Shown: piece by piece, positions 23,319 through 30,947 of the stretch | Layout: each line of letters opens with the position of its first letter | Position numbering within the stretch: the stretch's first letter is position 1 | DNA from: a virus | Lineage: Duplodnaviria > Caudoviricetes | IMG/VR virus record: IMGVR_UViG_3300036850_000123 | Location: 1-30,947 of that record | Strand: one strand, 5' to 3' | Length of the DNA: 30,947 nt | Position numbers and translations under genes: made by a program | Notes under the pieces: model-generated | Seen by the model: the letters and a program-made list of their open reading frames with translations, nothing else | What the model was told of the DNA's origin: nothing | The model's database searches: none

Positions 23319-23845
23319 CCGCGATGGTGCTGACGACCTTCTCCCCGATCGTCACCGGCATCGGGAACGCGATCGCCGACGCGCTCACTTCCACACCGCA
23401 GGGTAGACCGGAGCGGGTGTGTCTGCTTGTTCCCGGCGCGATCGCCGCCGACAGCTGCGACTGCGGCCAGTTAGCGCTGAGCATCACCCGCATCTACCCG
23501 TCCACGGCCTTCCCCACGGAGGCGACCGTTGACCAGGCGCCGCCCGGCTGCCCGCCCCCGATCCTCGCCGCCACCGTCACGGTGTCGCTGTTCCGCTGCG
23601 CCCCCACCGTCGACGACGACGGCATCCCACCCTCGTGTGATGCCCTGCTGGCTTCGGCGGCGGGGTGGGACACCGACGTCGCCGCGATCCGCCGGGCGCT
23701 GGCCTGCCACCTCGCGGACCTCGCCGACCAGGGCCGGATCATCGGCTACATCATCGGCGGCACCAGCCCGGTCGGCCCGGACGGGGCGTGTCTCGGAGCG
23801 GACACCACCATCACCATTGGTATCCCCAACTGCGGATGCGCATGA
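23315..23845 (+). CDS. head-tail joining / tail terminator-like protein
   Basis: Follows the adaptor; motifs 'PG.IAAD.C.CGQL', 'RCAP' and 'GP.G.C.G'. Confidence 0.6.
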   Translation: MTAMVLTTFSPIVTGIGNAIADALTSTPQGRPERVCLLVPGAIAADSCDCGQLALSITRIYPSTAFPTEATVDQAPPGCPPPILAATVTVSLFRCAPTVDDDGIPPSCDALLASAAGWDTDVAAIRRALACHLADLADQGRIIGYIIGGTSPVGPDGACLGADTTITIGIPNCGCA

Positions 23846-24270
23846 TGGCCCGGCACTCCATCAACTACGGCGTCCTCTACGCCCAGCTTCGCAGTCCGAC
23901 TGGCGGTCTTGCCCGAGACATGCTTCGCAGAGGGCTCAAGGTTGAGACGCAGGCGAAACGCAACCTTGCCGGAGCGAACGGGCGCCCGAAGCGGATCGAC
24001 ACCGGACAGACCCGGGCGTCGATCGTCACCCGCCCCGTTACATACAAGACGATGCCGGCCGTGCGGGTGGGTTCGCCGCTGCGACGAGCGGTTTGGATCC
24101 ACGGCGGCACCGGCATCTACGGGCCGCGCCGGCAGCCGATCCGTCCGACACGGGCCAAGCGGCTGGTGTTCAAGCCCAAGGGCGCCAACCGTGTCGTGTA
24201 CGCCAAGTCGGTGAAGGGCATGAAGGCCAACCCGTTCCTCAAGGACGCCTTGTCGGCCGCAGCAGATTGA
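23842..24270 (+). CDS. HK97 gp10-like neck/tail completion protein (142 aa)
   Basis: Basic protein with 'DTG..RASI', 'VGS....A.W.H.GTG.YGP' and 'V.G.KANPFL..AL'; ATGA overlap at 23842. Confidence 0.75.
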   Translation: MMARHSINYGVLYAQLRSPTGGLARDMLRRGLKVETQAKRNLAGANGRPKRIDTGQTRASIVTRPVTYKTMPAVRVGSPLRRAVWIHGGTGIYGPRRQPIRPTRAKRLVFKPKGANRVVYAKSVKGMKANPFLKDALSAAAD

Positions 24271-24304
24271 CCGTCGTCGCACGATGACGACGCGGACCTA
24301 ACTT
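24269..24304 (+). promoter_or_regulatory. phage promoter-like motif copy 4: GACCGTCGTC-N20-TAACTT
   Basis: Intergenic position upstream of the chaperone/tape-measure genes; same spacing as the other copies. Confidence 0.7.
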
Positions 24305-24334
24305 CGGCGGGACCGACCAACCTAGGGAGTCCCC

Positions 24335-24820
24335 GTGTCCCGCCGCCGATCGTTCACTGTCGCCCGCGAGCCTGTCGAGCTCGACCTCGGCGGCGCCGAA
24401 CTGACTGCCCCACCCATCATCCCGCCCGCCGTCCTCGGCGAACTGCTGGACCTCGCCCCCCGCATCACCGAGATCGAGCAGGCGAAAGACCTTCCGCAGA
24501 AGGACCAGCTCGACCAGATGATGAAACTCATCGACGAGGTGATGGGGCTGGTTCTCGTTCCCGAATCCGCCACAGTGTTCCACGATCGGCTGTTTTCCCG
24601 GACCGATCCGTTCGACCTGCAACGGGAGGTCATGCCGGCGATCGAGTGGCTGATCGAGGAGTACACCGACCGCCCTACGCCGCCGTCGCCGCCCTCTTCG
24701 ACTGGGTCGAGCGACGGGATATCGAGTTTGACGTCTGGTGCGCCGGCCGGGGAATCGACCCCGCAGCCCTCCCTGCTCATAGATTCTGCAACGCCGTCCA
24801 CGCCGCCATCTTTGACCTAG
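24335..24820 (+). CDS. tail assembly chaperone (G-like)
   Basis: Lies upstream of the tape measure. A helical domain ends 'WLIEEYTDRPT', followed by a low-complexity Ser/Pro tail. Confidence 0.75.
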   Translation: MSRRRSFTVAREPVELDLGGAELTAPPIIPPAVLGELLDLAPRITEIEQAKDLPQKDQLDQMMKLIDEVMGLVLVPESATVFHDRLFSRTDPFDLQREVMPAIEWLIEEYTDRPTPPSPPSSTGSSDGISSLTSGAPAGESTPQPSLLIDSATPSTPPSLT

Positions 24821-25008
24821 AAAACGTCGCACTCGAAAAACGGGACGAGATCAACGACCTGCTTGCTGGGCCGCAAACCACACCAACCGATCACACACCG
24901 ACGGCTACCAGAACCGCCGTAGACATCGAAGCCGGGATCGTTCCACCGGCTTGGTGGCACGGCGACGAAGACGCCGCCCGGTCTGGAGTTGCAGCCACCA
25001 CCCGCTAG
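24673..25008 (+). CDS. tail assembly chaperone extension (T-like), probably reached by -1 frameshift
   Basis: Overlapping -1 frame reading PYAAVAALFDW...PPAWWHGDEDAA. There is no ATG/GTG/TTG in frame downstream of 24646. Confidence 0.6.
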   Translation, partial: PYAAVAALFDWVERRDIEFDVWCAGRGIDPAALPAHRFCNAVHAAIFDLENVALEKRDEINDLLAGPQTTPTDHTPTATRTAVDIEAGIVPPAWWHGDEDAARSGVAATTR

Positions 25009-25036
25009 GGGCGGCTGTCACGGGAGACGGCACCAG

Positions 25037-28000
25037 TTGAGCCAGCCGATCGACGTCGCGTATGTCGAGGTCCGCCCGGACGTCGACCGTTTCGCGACGT
25101 CGCTGGCCAAGCAGCTCACGTCCTCCCTCAACCAAGCGCAGCGGTCGGTAGATCAGTCCACCAACCGGATGTCGGAGTCGTTCCGGCAGGCCGGGGAACG
25201 GATGGGCGCACAAGGCGGACCAGCGGGGGCGGCGTTCGGGGAAAACTTCACCCGCGACGCGAATGGCAAACTCCGCGATGCCCGCGGCCGATTCGTCAGC
25301 GAAGGGGAGCACGCCGGCCAGTCGTATGGCAGTGGTCTGACGCGAAGCCTGCGCCGATCCCTGGGCAACGTGGGCGGCATCCTTACTGGCGCGTTCGCCG
25401 GGGTCAAGGTTGTCGGCGCGGGCCTTGGAATCCTCGGCGGTGTCGCCGCGCTTGTTGGTGCCGCATCCGCGGCGCTGGCCGGGTTGGCGTCCGCGGCGGC
25501 CGGCGCTATCCCGGTCATTGGGGCGCTCGCGGCAACACTTGCGACCGCGGCAGGTGCGCTGCTGGCACTGCCCGGCGCGATCGGGATCGCGGCGTCGGCG
25601 TTCGCCGCCCTGAAGATCACCTTTGGTGGTATCGGCGCCGCCCTCAAAGCGTCATCGAAGGCGATGTCCGGCGGCGGCTCGGCCGGTGCCAGCGCCGGTA
25701 AGCAGATCGCATCCGCCCAACGTGGTATCGAAGCCGCCCAACGTGCCCTGGCGGGGGCGCAGCGCACCTACAACCAGGCTGTCGCGGAGGAGCGGAAACT
25801 TCTCGGCGCCGTCAACCGGGCCCGGGAGGAGGCGCGGGAGCGAATCGAAGACCTTTCCCGTTCGCTACGGCGGGCCCGGATCGACGAGCAGGAAGCAGCC
25901 GATGAAGCCGCCCGCGCGTTGGAGGCATACAACTTCGCGTTGGAGTCCGGCGACCCGGACTCAATCCGCGTCGCCGCCCGCGAACTGGACAAAGCCAACC
26001 TCGCCGTGGAGGAGGCGAAGGACGCCACCGAAGACTTGACCAAGGAGAAGGCCGAGTCTGACAAGAAGGGCGTCGACGGGTCCGAGGAGGTCACCGCCGC
26101 GTTGGAGCGGCAGGCGCAGGCCACCGAACGGGTCCGCGACGCACAAGACGGTCTCGCATCCGCCCAAGCAGGGCTGATCGCAGCGCAGGAAGCGCTTGCA
26201 GCCGCGGGAGCCGGTGGTGGGGGCGGGGTTGATGCCGCCGCGGAGGCGATGGCGAAACTGGCTCCCGCCGCACAGGAGTTGGTGCGTACCCTGCTGCGAC
26301 TGGCCCCGGCCTGGGATGGTGTCCGCAAAGCCATCCAGCAGGCCGGGTTGCAGGGTGTCGCCGGGGACGTTGAACGGCTCGCAAAGGTTGGCCTGCCAAC
26401 CCTGCAAACCGGGCTCGTCGGTGTCGCGTCGGTCCTGAACGGGGCGATGCGCAGCGGCCTGCAAACGTTGGCGTCGCTGCAGTCGCAGGCCAACCTGGCG
26501 ACGATCTTCGCCAACGCCGCCACAGCATTGGCTGGTCTCGCGCCCGCGGTAAGCCCCCTGATCAAAGCCCTGCTGGACGTGGCCCGCGTCGGGTCCGGGA
26601 TTGTCGCGCAGCTGACTCCGCAGTTCAGCGGCTTCATCACGAAGATCGCGCAGCAGCTGTCGGCGATGGCCGCATCGGGTGATCTGGCACGGGTCATCAA
26701 CGACGGTATCGCCACCCTCAAACAGCTTGGCTCGGCTGCCGCCGACGTCGCCGGCATCGTCAAGGGGATCTTCTCCGCTTCCGGCACCTCCGAAGGCGGC
26801 GGCATTTTCGGCCTCTTCGACCGCCTCAACACGCTGATCAACTCGGTGGCTGGGCAGACCGCACTCACGGACCTGTTTACCAACCTGTCCCGGATCGGCG
26901 ATGCCCTGATGCCGGTGCTGCTCGCCATCGGGCAGGCGCTGGGACCGGTGTCCGGTGCGATCGCCGGGTTGGCGGTCGCATTCGCTCCCACGCTGACCAC
27001 ACTGGTGCAGTCGCTTGGCGGGGCACTCGTGATGCTTCAGCCGGCATTCCTGGCGCTGCGCCCACTGGTCGACACCATCGCCACCGGCTTGCAGCCCCTC
27101 GCCGGAATCATCGCCAACCTTGTTGTCGCGGCGGGACCCGGACTGAACGCCTTTCTCCAGGCGTTCGTAAAAGGGCTGCAGGCACTCGTACCGGCCGCAG
27201 GGCCGGTAGGGAAAGCGATCGGTGACGTGCTGACGGCGGTCGCCCCGCTGCTGCCGGTGCTCGGCCAGCAGTTCGCGAACGCGTTGACCGCTGTGGCGAC
27301 TGCGTTTTCTGGCGTGAGCAGCCATATCGGGCCGTTGATCGAGGTGTTCGGGAATCTCTTCGCCGAGATGGCCGCGAACGCGATGCCGATCCTGCTTGAT
27401 CTGGCCACGCAGGCGCTGCCGGTGATGGCGCAGGCCGGCCTGGATATCGCCAAGGCGTTCATTCCCCTCACTCCGCTGCTGGCCGAGTTGTCGAAGACGC
27501 TTGCTGGGCAGTTGGCTGCGGCGCTGCCGGGTCTGGTGAACGCGTTCATACGGCTGCTGCCGGTGGTTGTTGAGTTGGCCGAGACGATGGGGCAGACCCT
27601 GCTGGAAGCCCTCATTCAAATCCTGCCGCAGTTGCCGCAGATGCAGCAGACGATGCTGCAGTTGGCGCAGGCCGTCACCGACCTGCTGGTGGCGCTTCTA
27701 CCGATCATGCCGCAGGTGCTTCAACTGGGGCTGTTGCTGCTGCAGTTGGTCCTAAAAACTGGTCTGCTACAGGCCGGCCTCCAGATTTTGCGGGTCGCCG
27801 TTCTCGGCGCGACCGGTGTCATCCGGATCATCACCGGGGTTATCAACGCGCTGAAGAGTCCACTCGACACGATCAAGAACGCGGCCGGGAAGATGGGGTC
27901 GGCGATCAAGGACGGCGCGTCCGCCGCGCTCAATGCGGTACGTGACCTTCCCGGCAAGATCCGCAGCGCGATAGGGAACCTCGGAAGCATCCTCAAGGAA

Positions 28001-28495
28001 GCCGGCAAAGACCTCATCCGCGGCCTGTGGGACGGCATCCAGGCCATGGGCGGCTGGCTGAAGGACAAACTGATCGGCTTCGTCAAGGACAAGATTCCCG
28101 GTCCGATCCGCAAGGCGCTCGGCATCTCCTCCCCGTCGAAGGTTGCCGCCGCACTGGGCCGGGAGGTCCCCGCCGGTTTGGCGATGGGTATCGCCGCCGG
28201 CGGGCCCACCGTCGCCGCCCAGTCGCAGTCCCTGGCCAACCAGACGATTGCCGCCCTCACCGGTCTGACCGCGCCCGGCCCGCAGTTCGGGGCACCTACC
28301 GGTGTCGGCGCGGGACAGACCGCCCCGGGTGGCGGGCTGGCCGCCGCGCTCGGCACCACAGACCTGTCCGGGCTGCAGTTGCACGCCGACATCTACATCG
28401 GCAACGAGTACATCGAAACCACCGCTGTGCGGGTGTACGCCCGCGAGCAACGCGCCCAGGCCCGCAAGCTTGCCGCCACACCGAGGACCGTCTGA
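25037..28495 (+). CDS. tape measure protein (~1152 aa)
   Basis: Start TTG 25037 (MSQPIDVAYVEVRPD), Ala/Gly/Leu-rich amphipathic repeats, coiled-coil, and the C-terminal 'G..LI.GLW.GI' and 'LGISSPSKV' motifs. Confidence 0.9.
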   Translation: MSQPIDVAYVEVRPDVDRFATSLAKQLTSSLNQAQRSVDQSTNRMSESFRQAGERMGAQGGPAGAAFGENFTRDANGKLRDARGRFVSEGEHAGQSYGSGLTRSLRRSLGNVGGILTGAFAGVKVVGAGLGILGGVAALVGAASAALAGLASAAAGAIPVIGALAATLATAAGALLALPGAIGIAASAFAALKITFGGIGAALKASSKAMSGGGSAGASAGKQIASAQRGIEAAQRALAGAQRTYNQAVAEERKLLGAVNRAREEARERIEDLSRSLRRARIDEQEAADEAARALEAYNFALESGDPDSIRVAARELDKANLAVEEAKDATEDLTKEKAESDKKGVDGSEEVTAALERQAQATERVRDAQDGLASAQAGLIAAQEALAAAGAGGGGGVDAAAEAMAKLAPAAQELVRTLLRLAPAWDGVRKAIQQAGLQGVAGDVERLAKVGLPTLQTGLVGVASVLNGAMRSGLQTLASLQSQANLATIFANAATALAGLAPAVSPLIKALLDVARVGSGIVAQLTPQFSGFITKIAQQLSAMAASGDLARVINDGIATLKQLGSAAADVAGIVKGIFSASGTSEGGGIFGLFDRLNTLINSVAGQTALTDLFTNLSRIGDALMPVLLAIGQALGPVSGAIAGLAVAFAPTLTTLVQSLGGALVMLQPAFLALRPLVDTIATGLQPLAGIIANLVVAAGPGLNAFLQAFVKGLQALVPAAGPVGKAIGDVLTAVAPLLPVLGQQFANALTAVATAFSGVSSHIGPLIEVFGNLFAEMAANAMPILLDLATQALPVMAQAGLDIAKAFIPLTPLLAELSKTLAGQLAAALPGLVNAFIRLLPVVVELAETMGQTLLEALIQILPQLPQMQQTMLQLAQAVTDLLVALLPIMPQVLQLGLLLLQLVLKTGLLQAGLQILRVAVLGATGVIRIITGVINALKSPLDTIKNAAGKMGSAIKDGASAALNAVRDLPGKIRSAIGNLGSILKEAGKDLIRGLWDGIQAMGGWLKDKLIGFVKDKIPGPIRKALGISSPSKVAAALGREVPAGLAMGIAAGGPTVAAQSQSLANQTIAALTGLTAPGPQFGAPTGVGAGQTAPGGGLAAALGTTDLSGLQLHADIYIGNEYIETTAVRVYAREQRAQARKLAATPRTV

Positions 28496-29976
28496 TGTCG
28501 TTGCTGACCGCCACCGCACACCCGAACATCGGCGCCGCCGACGTCGTCCTCAACACCAACACCGTCACCGACACGTTCACCCGCTCCACCTCCAACGGCT
28601 GGGGGTCGGCGAACACCGGACAGGCGTGGACCACCAGCGGTGGTTCGGCCAGCGACTTCAGCACCAACGGAACCAAGGCAATCCAGTCGGCCAGCACCAC
28701 CGCAGTCCTACGCAACGCCCTGATCCCGGTCGGCGTCTCCGACATGCGGGTCCGCGCCACCGTCAACCTCGACACCGGCACGATCACCGGCAACACCGCA
28801 TCGGCGTGGGTTGCCGCCCGGGTCACGGACACCAACAACTACTACGCCGCCCAACTCGAGTTTCGCACCGACGACAGTGTCCGGCTGGCGATCATCGAAC
28901 GGGTTGCCGGGTCCCTGTCCGGCATCTCATCCACTGTCACCATCGCCACCTCGTTCGCCGCCAACCAGCAGTTCACCGTCGAGATCGAAGCGGCCGGCAG
29001 CACGGTCCGGGCAACGGCGTGGGCGACCGCCACATCCTCCAACCCCGGCTGGCTGGTTGAGGCGACCGACACCAGCCTCACCTCCGGCACCCAGGCCGCC
29101 CTGATCAGCCGTCTCGAGTCCGGCAACTCCAACGCCCTACCGGTGCAATTCCAGTGGGACAACGTCGCCGTCCTCGAAGCCGGCGACCTGTGGACGATTG
29201 CCCGCGTCTACCCGGACGGCAGCAGCAGCGAACTACTTGGCTTACCGGTCTACACCTCCGGCGGGTACGCGGTGCTGTGGGACACTGTTCTGCCGCTCGA
29301 CATTCCCATCTACTACACGGCCGGCAGTGACGTTTCGTCCATCGTGCTCACCTCGAACACGATCACTGTGACCGGGACGGGTGCGGGCTGGCTGAAAGAC
29401 CCCGCGCAGCCGATCAACGACATCCCGTTCACGACCTGCCCCACCGGCACGTGTCCGCTCGACGTCGACAACGACGACACGTCGGTGTCGTTCCTGCGAA
29501 TCGGCCAGGCCCAGTTCCAGACGGCGTCCGGCGTCTTCGCCATCATCGACGCCGCCCGCCCCCGCACGGTTGCGCAAACCCGCAAGGCGCGGGAGTCGTC
29601 GCTGGCGATCCTGTCCCACACCCTCGCCGCCGAAGGCCGCGTCGAAGACATCCTCGCCTCCGGACGGAACCTGTTCCTGCAACTCGCCGCCCGGTACGGG
29701 TGGGCGTGGCGCACCTGGGCCTGCGACTACATCGCCGTCGCCGACGTCACCGAGGAACGACCACCGAGCCCCAACATGACATGGCCGCACCGCGCCTGGG
29801 GTTTGCCGTTCACACTGGCCCGGGCACCGTTCGTGCCCACCCAACTGACCGGCGGCAACGGTGTCGGCGTGTCCGGGGCCACCTACGGCGACGCGACCGC
29901 GACCGGCCGCACCTACGCGCAGCGGACCGCGACCGGCAATACCTACCTGATGTCGTCGCGCGGGGAGAACCTCTGA
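28495..29976 (+). CDS. minor tail protein (distal-tail-like) with lectin-like beta domain (493 aa)
   Basis: TGATG coupling to the TMP. An N-terminal 'DTFTR..SNGWG.A.TGQAW' beta domain is followed by 'WLKDP..P' and a Dit-like C-terminal part. Confidence 0.7.
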   Translation: MSLLTATAHPNIGAADVVLNTNTVTDTFTRSTSNGWGSANTGQAWTTSGGSASDFSTNGTKAIQSASTTAVLRNALIPVGVSDMRVRATVNLDTGTITGNTASAWVAARVTDTNNYYAAQLEFRTDDSVRLAIIERVAGSLSGISSTVTIATSFAANQQFTVEIEAAGSTVRATAWATATSSNPGWLVEATDTSLTSGTQAALISRLESGNSNALPVQFQWDNVAVLEAGDLWTIARVYPDGSSSELLGLPVYTSGGYAVLWDTVLPLDIPIYYTAGSDVSSIVLTSNTITVTGTGAGWLKDPAQPINDIPFTTCPTGTCPLDVDNDDTSVSFLRIGQAQFQTASGVFAIIDAARPRTVAQTRKARESSLAILSHTLAAEGRVEDILASGRNLFLQLAARYGWAWRTWACDYIAVADVTEERPPSPNMTWPHRAWGLPFTLARAPFVPTQLTGGNGVGVSGATYGDATATGRTYAQRTATGNTYLMSSRGENL

Positions 29977-30947
29977 TGGTTTACCCGGTGTCGGATCTGC
30001 TGCGGCAAGCGCTCGAAGCCCCGCACGAAATGACCGTCGACGTCATCATCTTGCGCGACGGCGACGCCATCCCCGTGGTCGAGGGCATCACCGACCTGGC
30101 GTGCCAGGCGACCCTCGCCACCCAGGGCGGCCGGTCCGCGTCCCTGACCGTGGAGCGGTCTCTCGTCGACGTCGACGGCCTCTTCGACCCCTACAGGGAT
30201 GACGTGGTGATCCGCACCGGCGTCCGCAATGTCGGCGACATTCCCCTGTTCGTCGGCCGCGTCGACGGGTTGGACGACGACGAAACCGGCAAGGTCGACA
30301 TCAACCTGATGTCCCGTGCCGACGAACTCAAACGCGCCCGGTTCGAGGCGCCGTTTCCGTCCACGCGCGGCTTTTCCGTGACACGGCAGATGCGGGCGAT
30401 CATCGAGTCGATCAACGTCGGCTGGACCGTCACCTCCACCACCCTCGACGACCCGCTAGTACCCACCGCGGTGTGGGAGGAAGACCCCGGCCAGGCCTTG
30501 GACGACCTCGCCGTCGGCATCAACGCCCTGTGGTCACCGGACCGGGTCGGCGGGTTCTCGATCATCACCAACCCGTACACCCTCGCCGCCGAACCCGCAC
30601 CGGCGGCTGTGTTACGGGACGGCGAGGACGGGGTGCTGGTGCAGGTGCGGCAGCTACGCACCCGGGAGCAGATCAACAACTCGGTGACCGTGGTGGTGGA
30701 ACGCACCGACGGGCTGGCCCCGATCCGGGTCACGGTCCGAGACACCGACCCTACGTCCCCCACCTTGTGGGGTGGGCCGTTTGGGAAACAAAACGAGATC
30801 ATCAAAACGCAGACGACGCTGAACCGGGCTGACGCGACCACCCTCGCCCAGCGGCGCCTGTCCCAATCTTTGGCCCTGGCACGCTCGTGGTCGATCACGA
30901 TGCCGCCCGGGATCGGGCAGATCCTCGACCCCGGCGACCTCGTCGCC
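29976..30947 (+). CDS. minor tail / baseplate hub-like protein (DUF5047-like), 3'-truncated
   Basis: TGATG coupling; reads MVYPVSDLLRQAL...ARFEAP...VWEEDP.QALDDLA...N.V.V..ER.DG...LDPGD; frame is open to the window end. Confidence 0.75.
   Translation, partial: MVYPVSDLLRQALEAPHEMTVDVIILRDGDAIPVVEGITDLACQATLATQGGRSASLTVERSLVDVDGLFDPYRDDVVIRTGVRNVGDIPLFVGRVDGLDDDETGKVDINLMSRADELKRARFEAPFPSTRGFSVTRQMRAIIESINVGWTVTSTTLDDPLVPTAVWEEDPGQALDDLAVGINALWSPDRVGGFSIITNPYTLAAEPAPAAVLRDGEDGVLVQVRQLRTREQINNSVTVVVERTDGLAPIRVTVRDTDPTSPTLWGGPFGKQNEIIKTQTTLNRADATTLAQRRLSQSLALARSWSITMPPGIGQILDPGDLVA

Noticed and set aside
25238-25246. GGGGAAAAC slippery-looking run
   Set aside because: It lies inside the tape measure, is not in X XXY YYZ phase, and is far from the chaperone overlap.
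28027-28494. ORF-track N-terminal extension of the minor tail gene (similar extensions at 3457, 12648, 15207, 17028, 23665, 24989)
   Set aside because: The extensions overlap upstream genes or leaders with off-frame composition. Coupled or SD-supported downstream starts are better.
1-30947. tRNA/rRNA, integrase, terminase, endolysin, reverse transcriptase/DGR
   Set aside because: No supporting motifs were seen by eye. Whether this is a prophage or a free phage, and the exact host, cannot be determined from this window.

Overview
This is a high-GC tailed phage or prophage morphogenesis region, with all credible genes on the + strand. The gene set and order resemble actinobacteriophages of the mycobacteriophage cluster-B type. 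The order is: small accessory, membrane and Zn-binding genes; an intein-containing portal; a 2012-aa MuF/maturation-protease fusion; a 21-aa Cys/poly-Pro micro-ORF; major capsid (hexamer) and a probable separate pentamer protein; major tail; a ~6-kb block of fibre-like genes ending in a 14x22-aa His-rich repeat protein; head-tail adaptor, terminator and neck genes; a tail chaperone pair; tape measure; and two minor tail genes (the last is truncated). The terminase is not in the window. Highlights: (1) the giant head protein looks like a self-processing polyprotein. It carries a 2H phosphoesterase, an ADP-ribosyltransferase and several unknown modules, often separated by a recurring (L/I/V/T)(T/V)A(A/S) motif that also occurs in portal and capsid. 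(2) A bipartite promoter-like motif GAYCGTYGTC-N20-TANNNT occurs four times with identical spacing. (3) The portal intein has Cys1 plus the class-3 W-C-T signature and an HTH inserted in its endonuclease. (4) There is a candidate repeat-templated neck-fibre system. All family assignments come from motif recognition by eye; no database searches were run.
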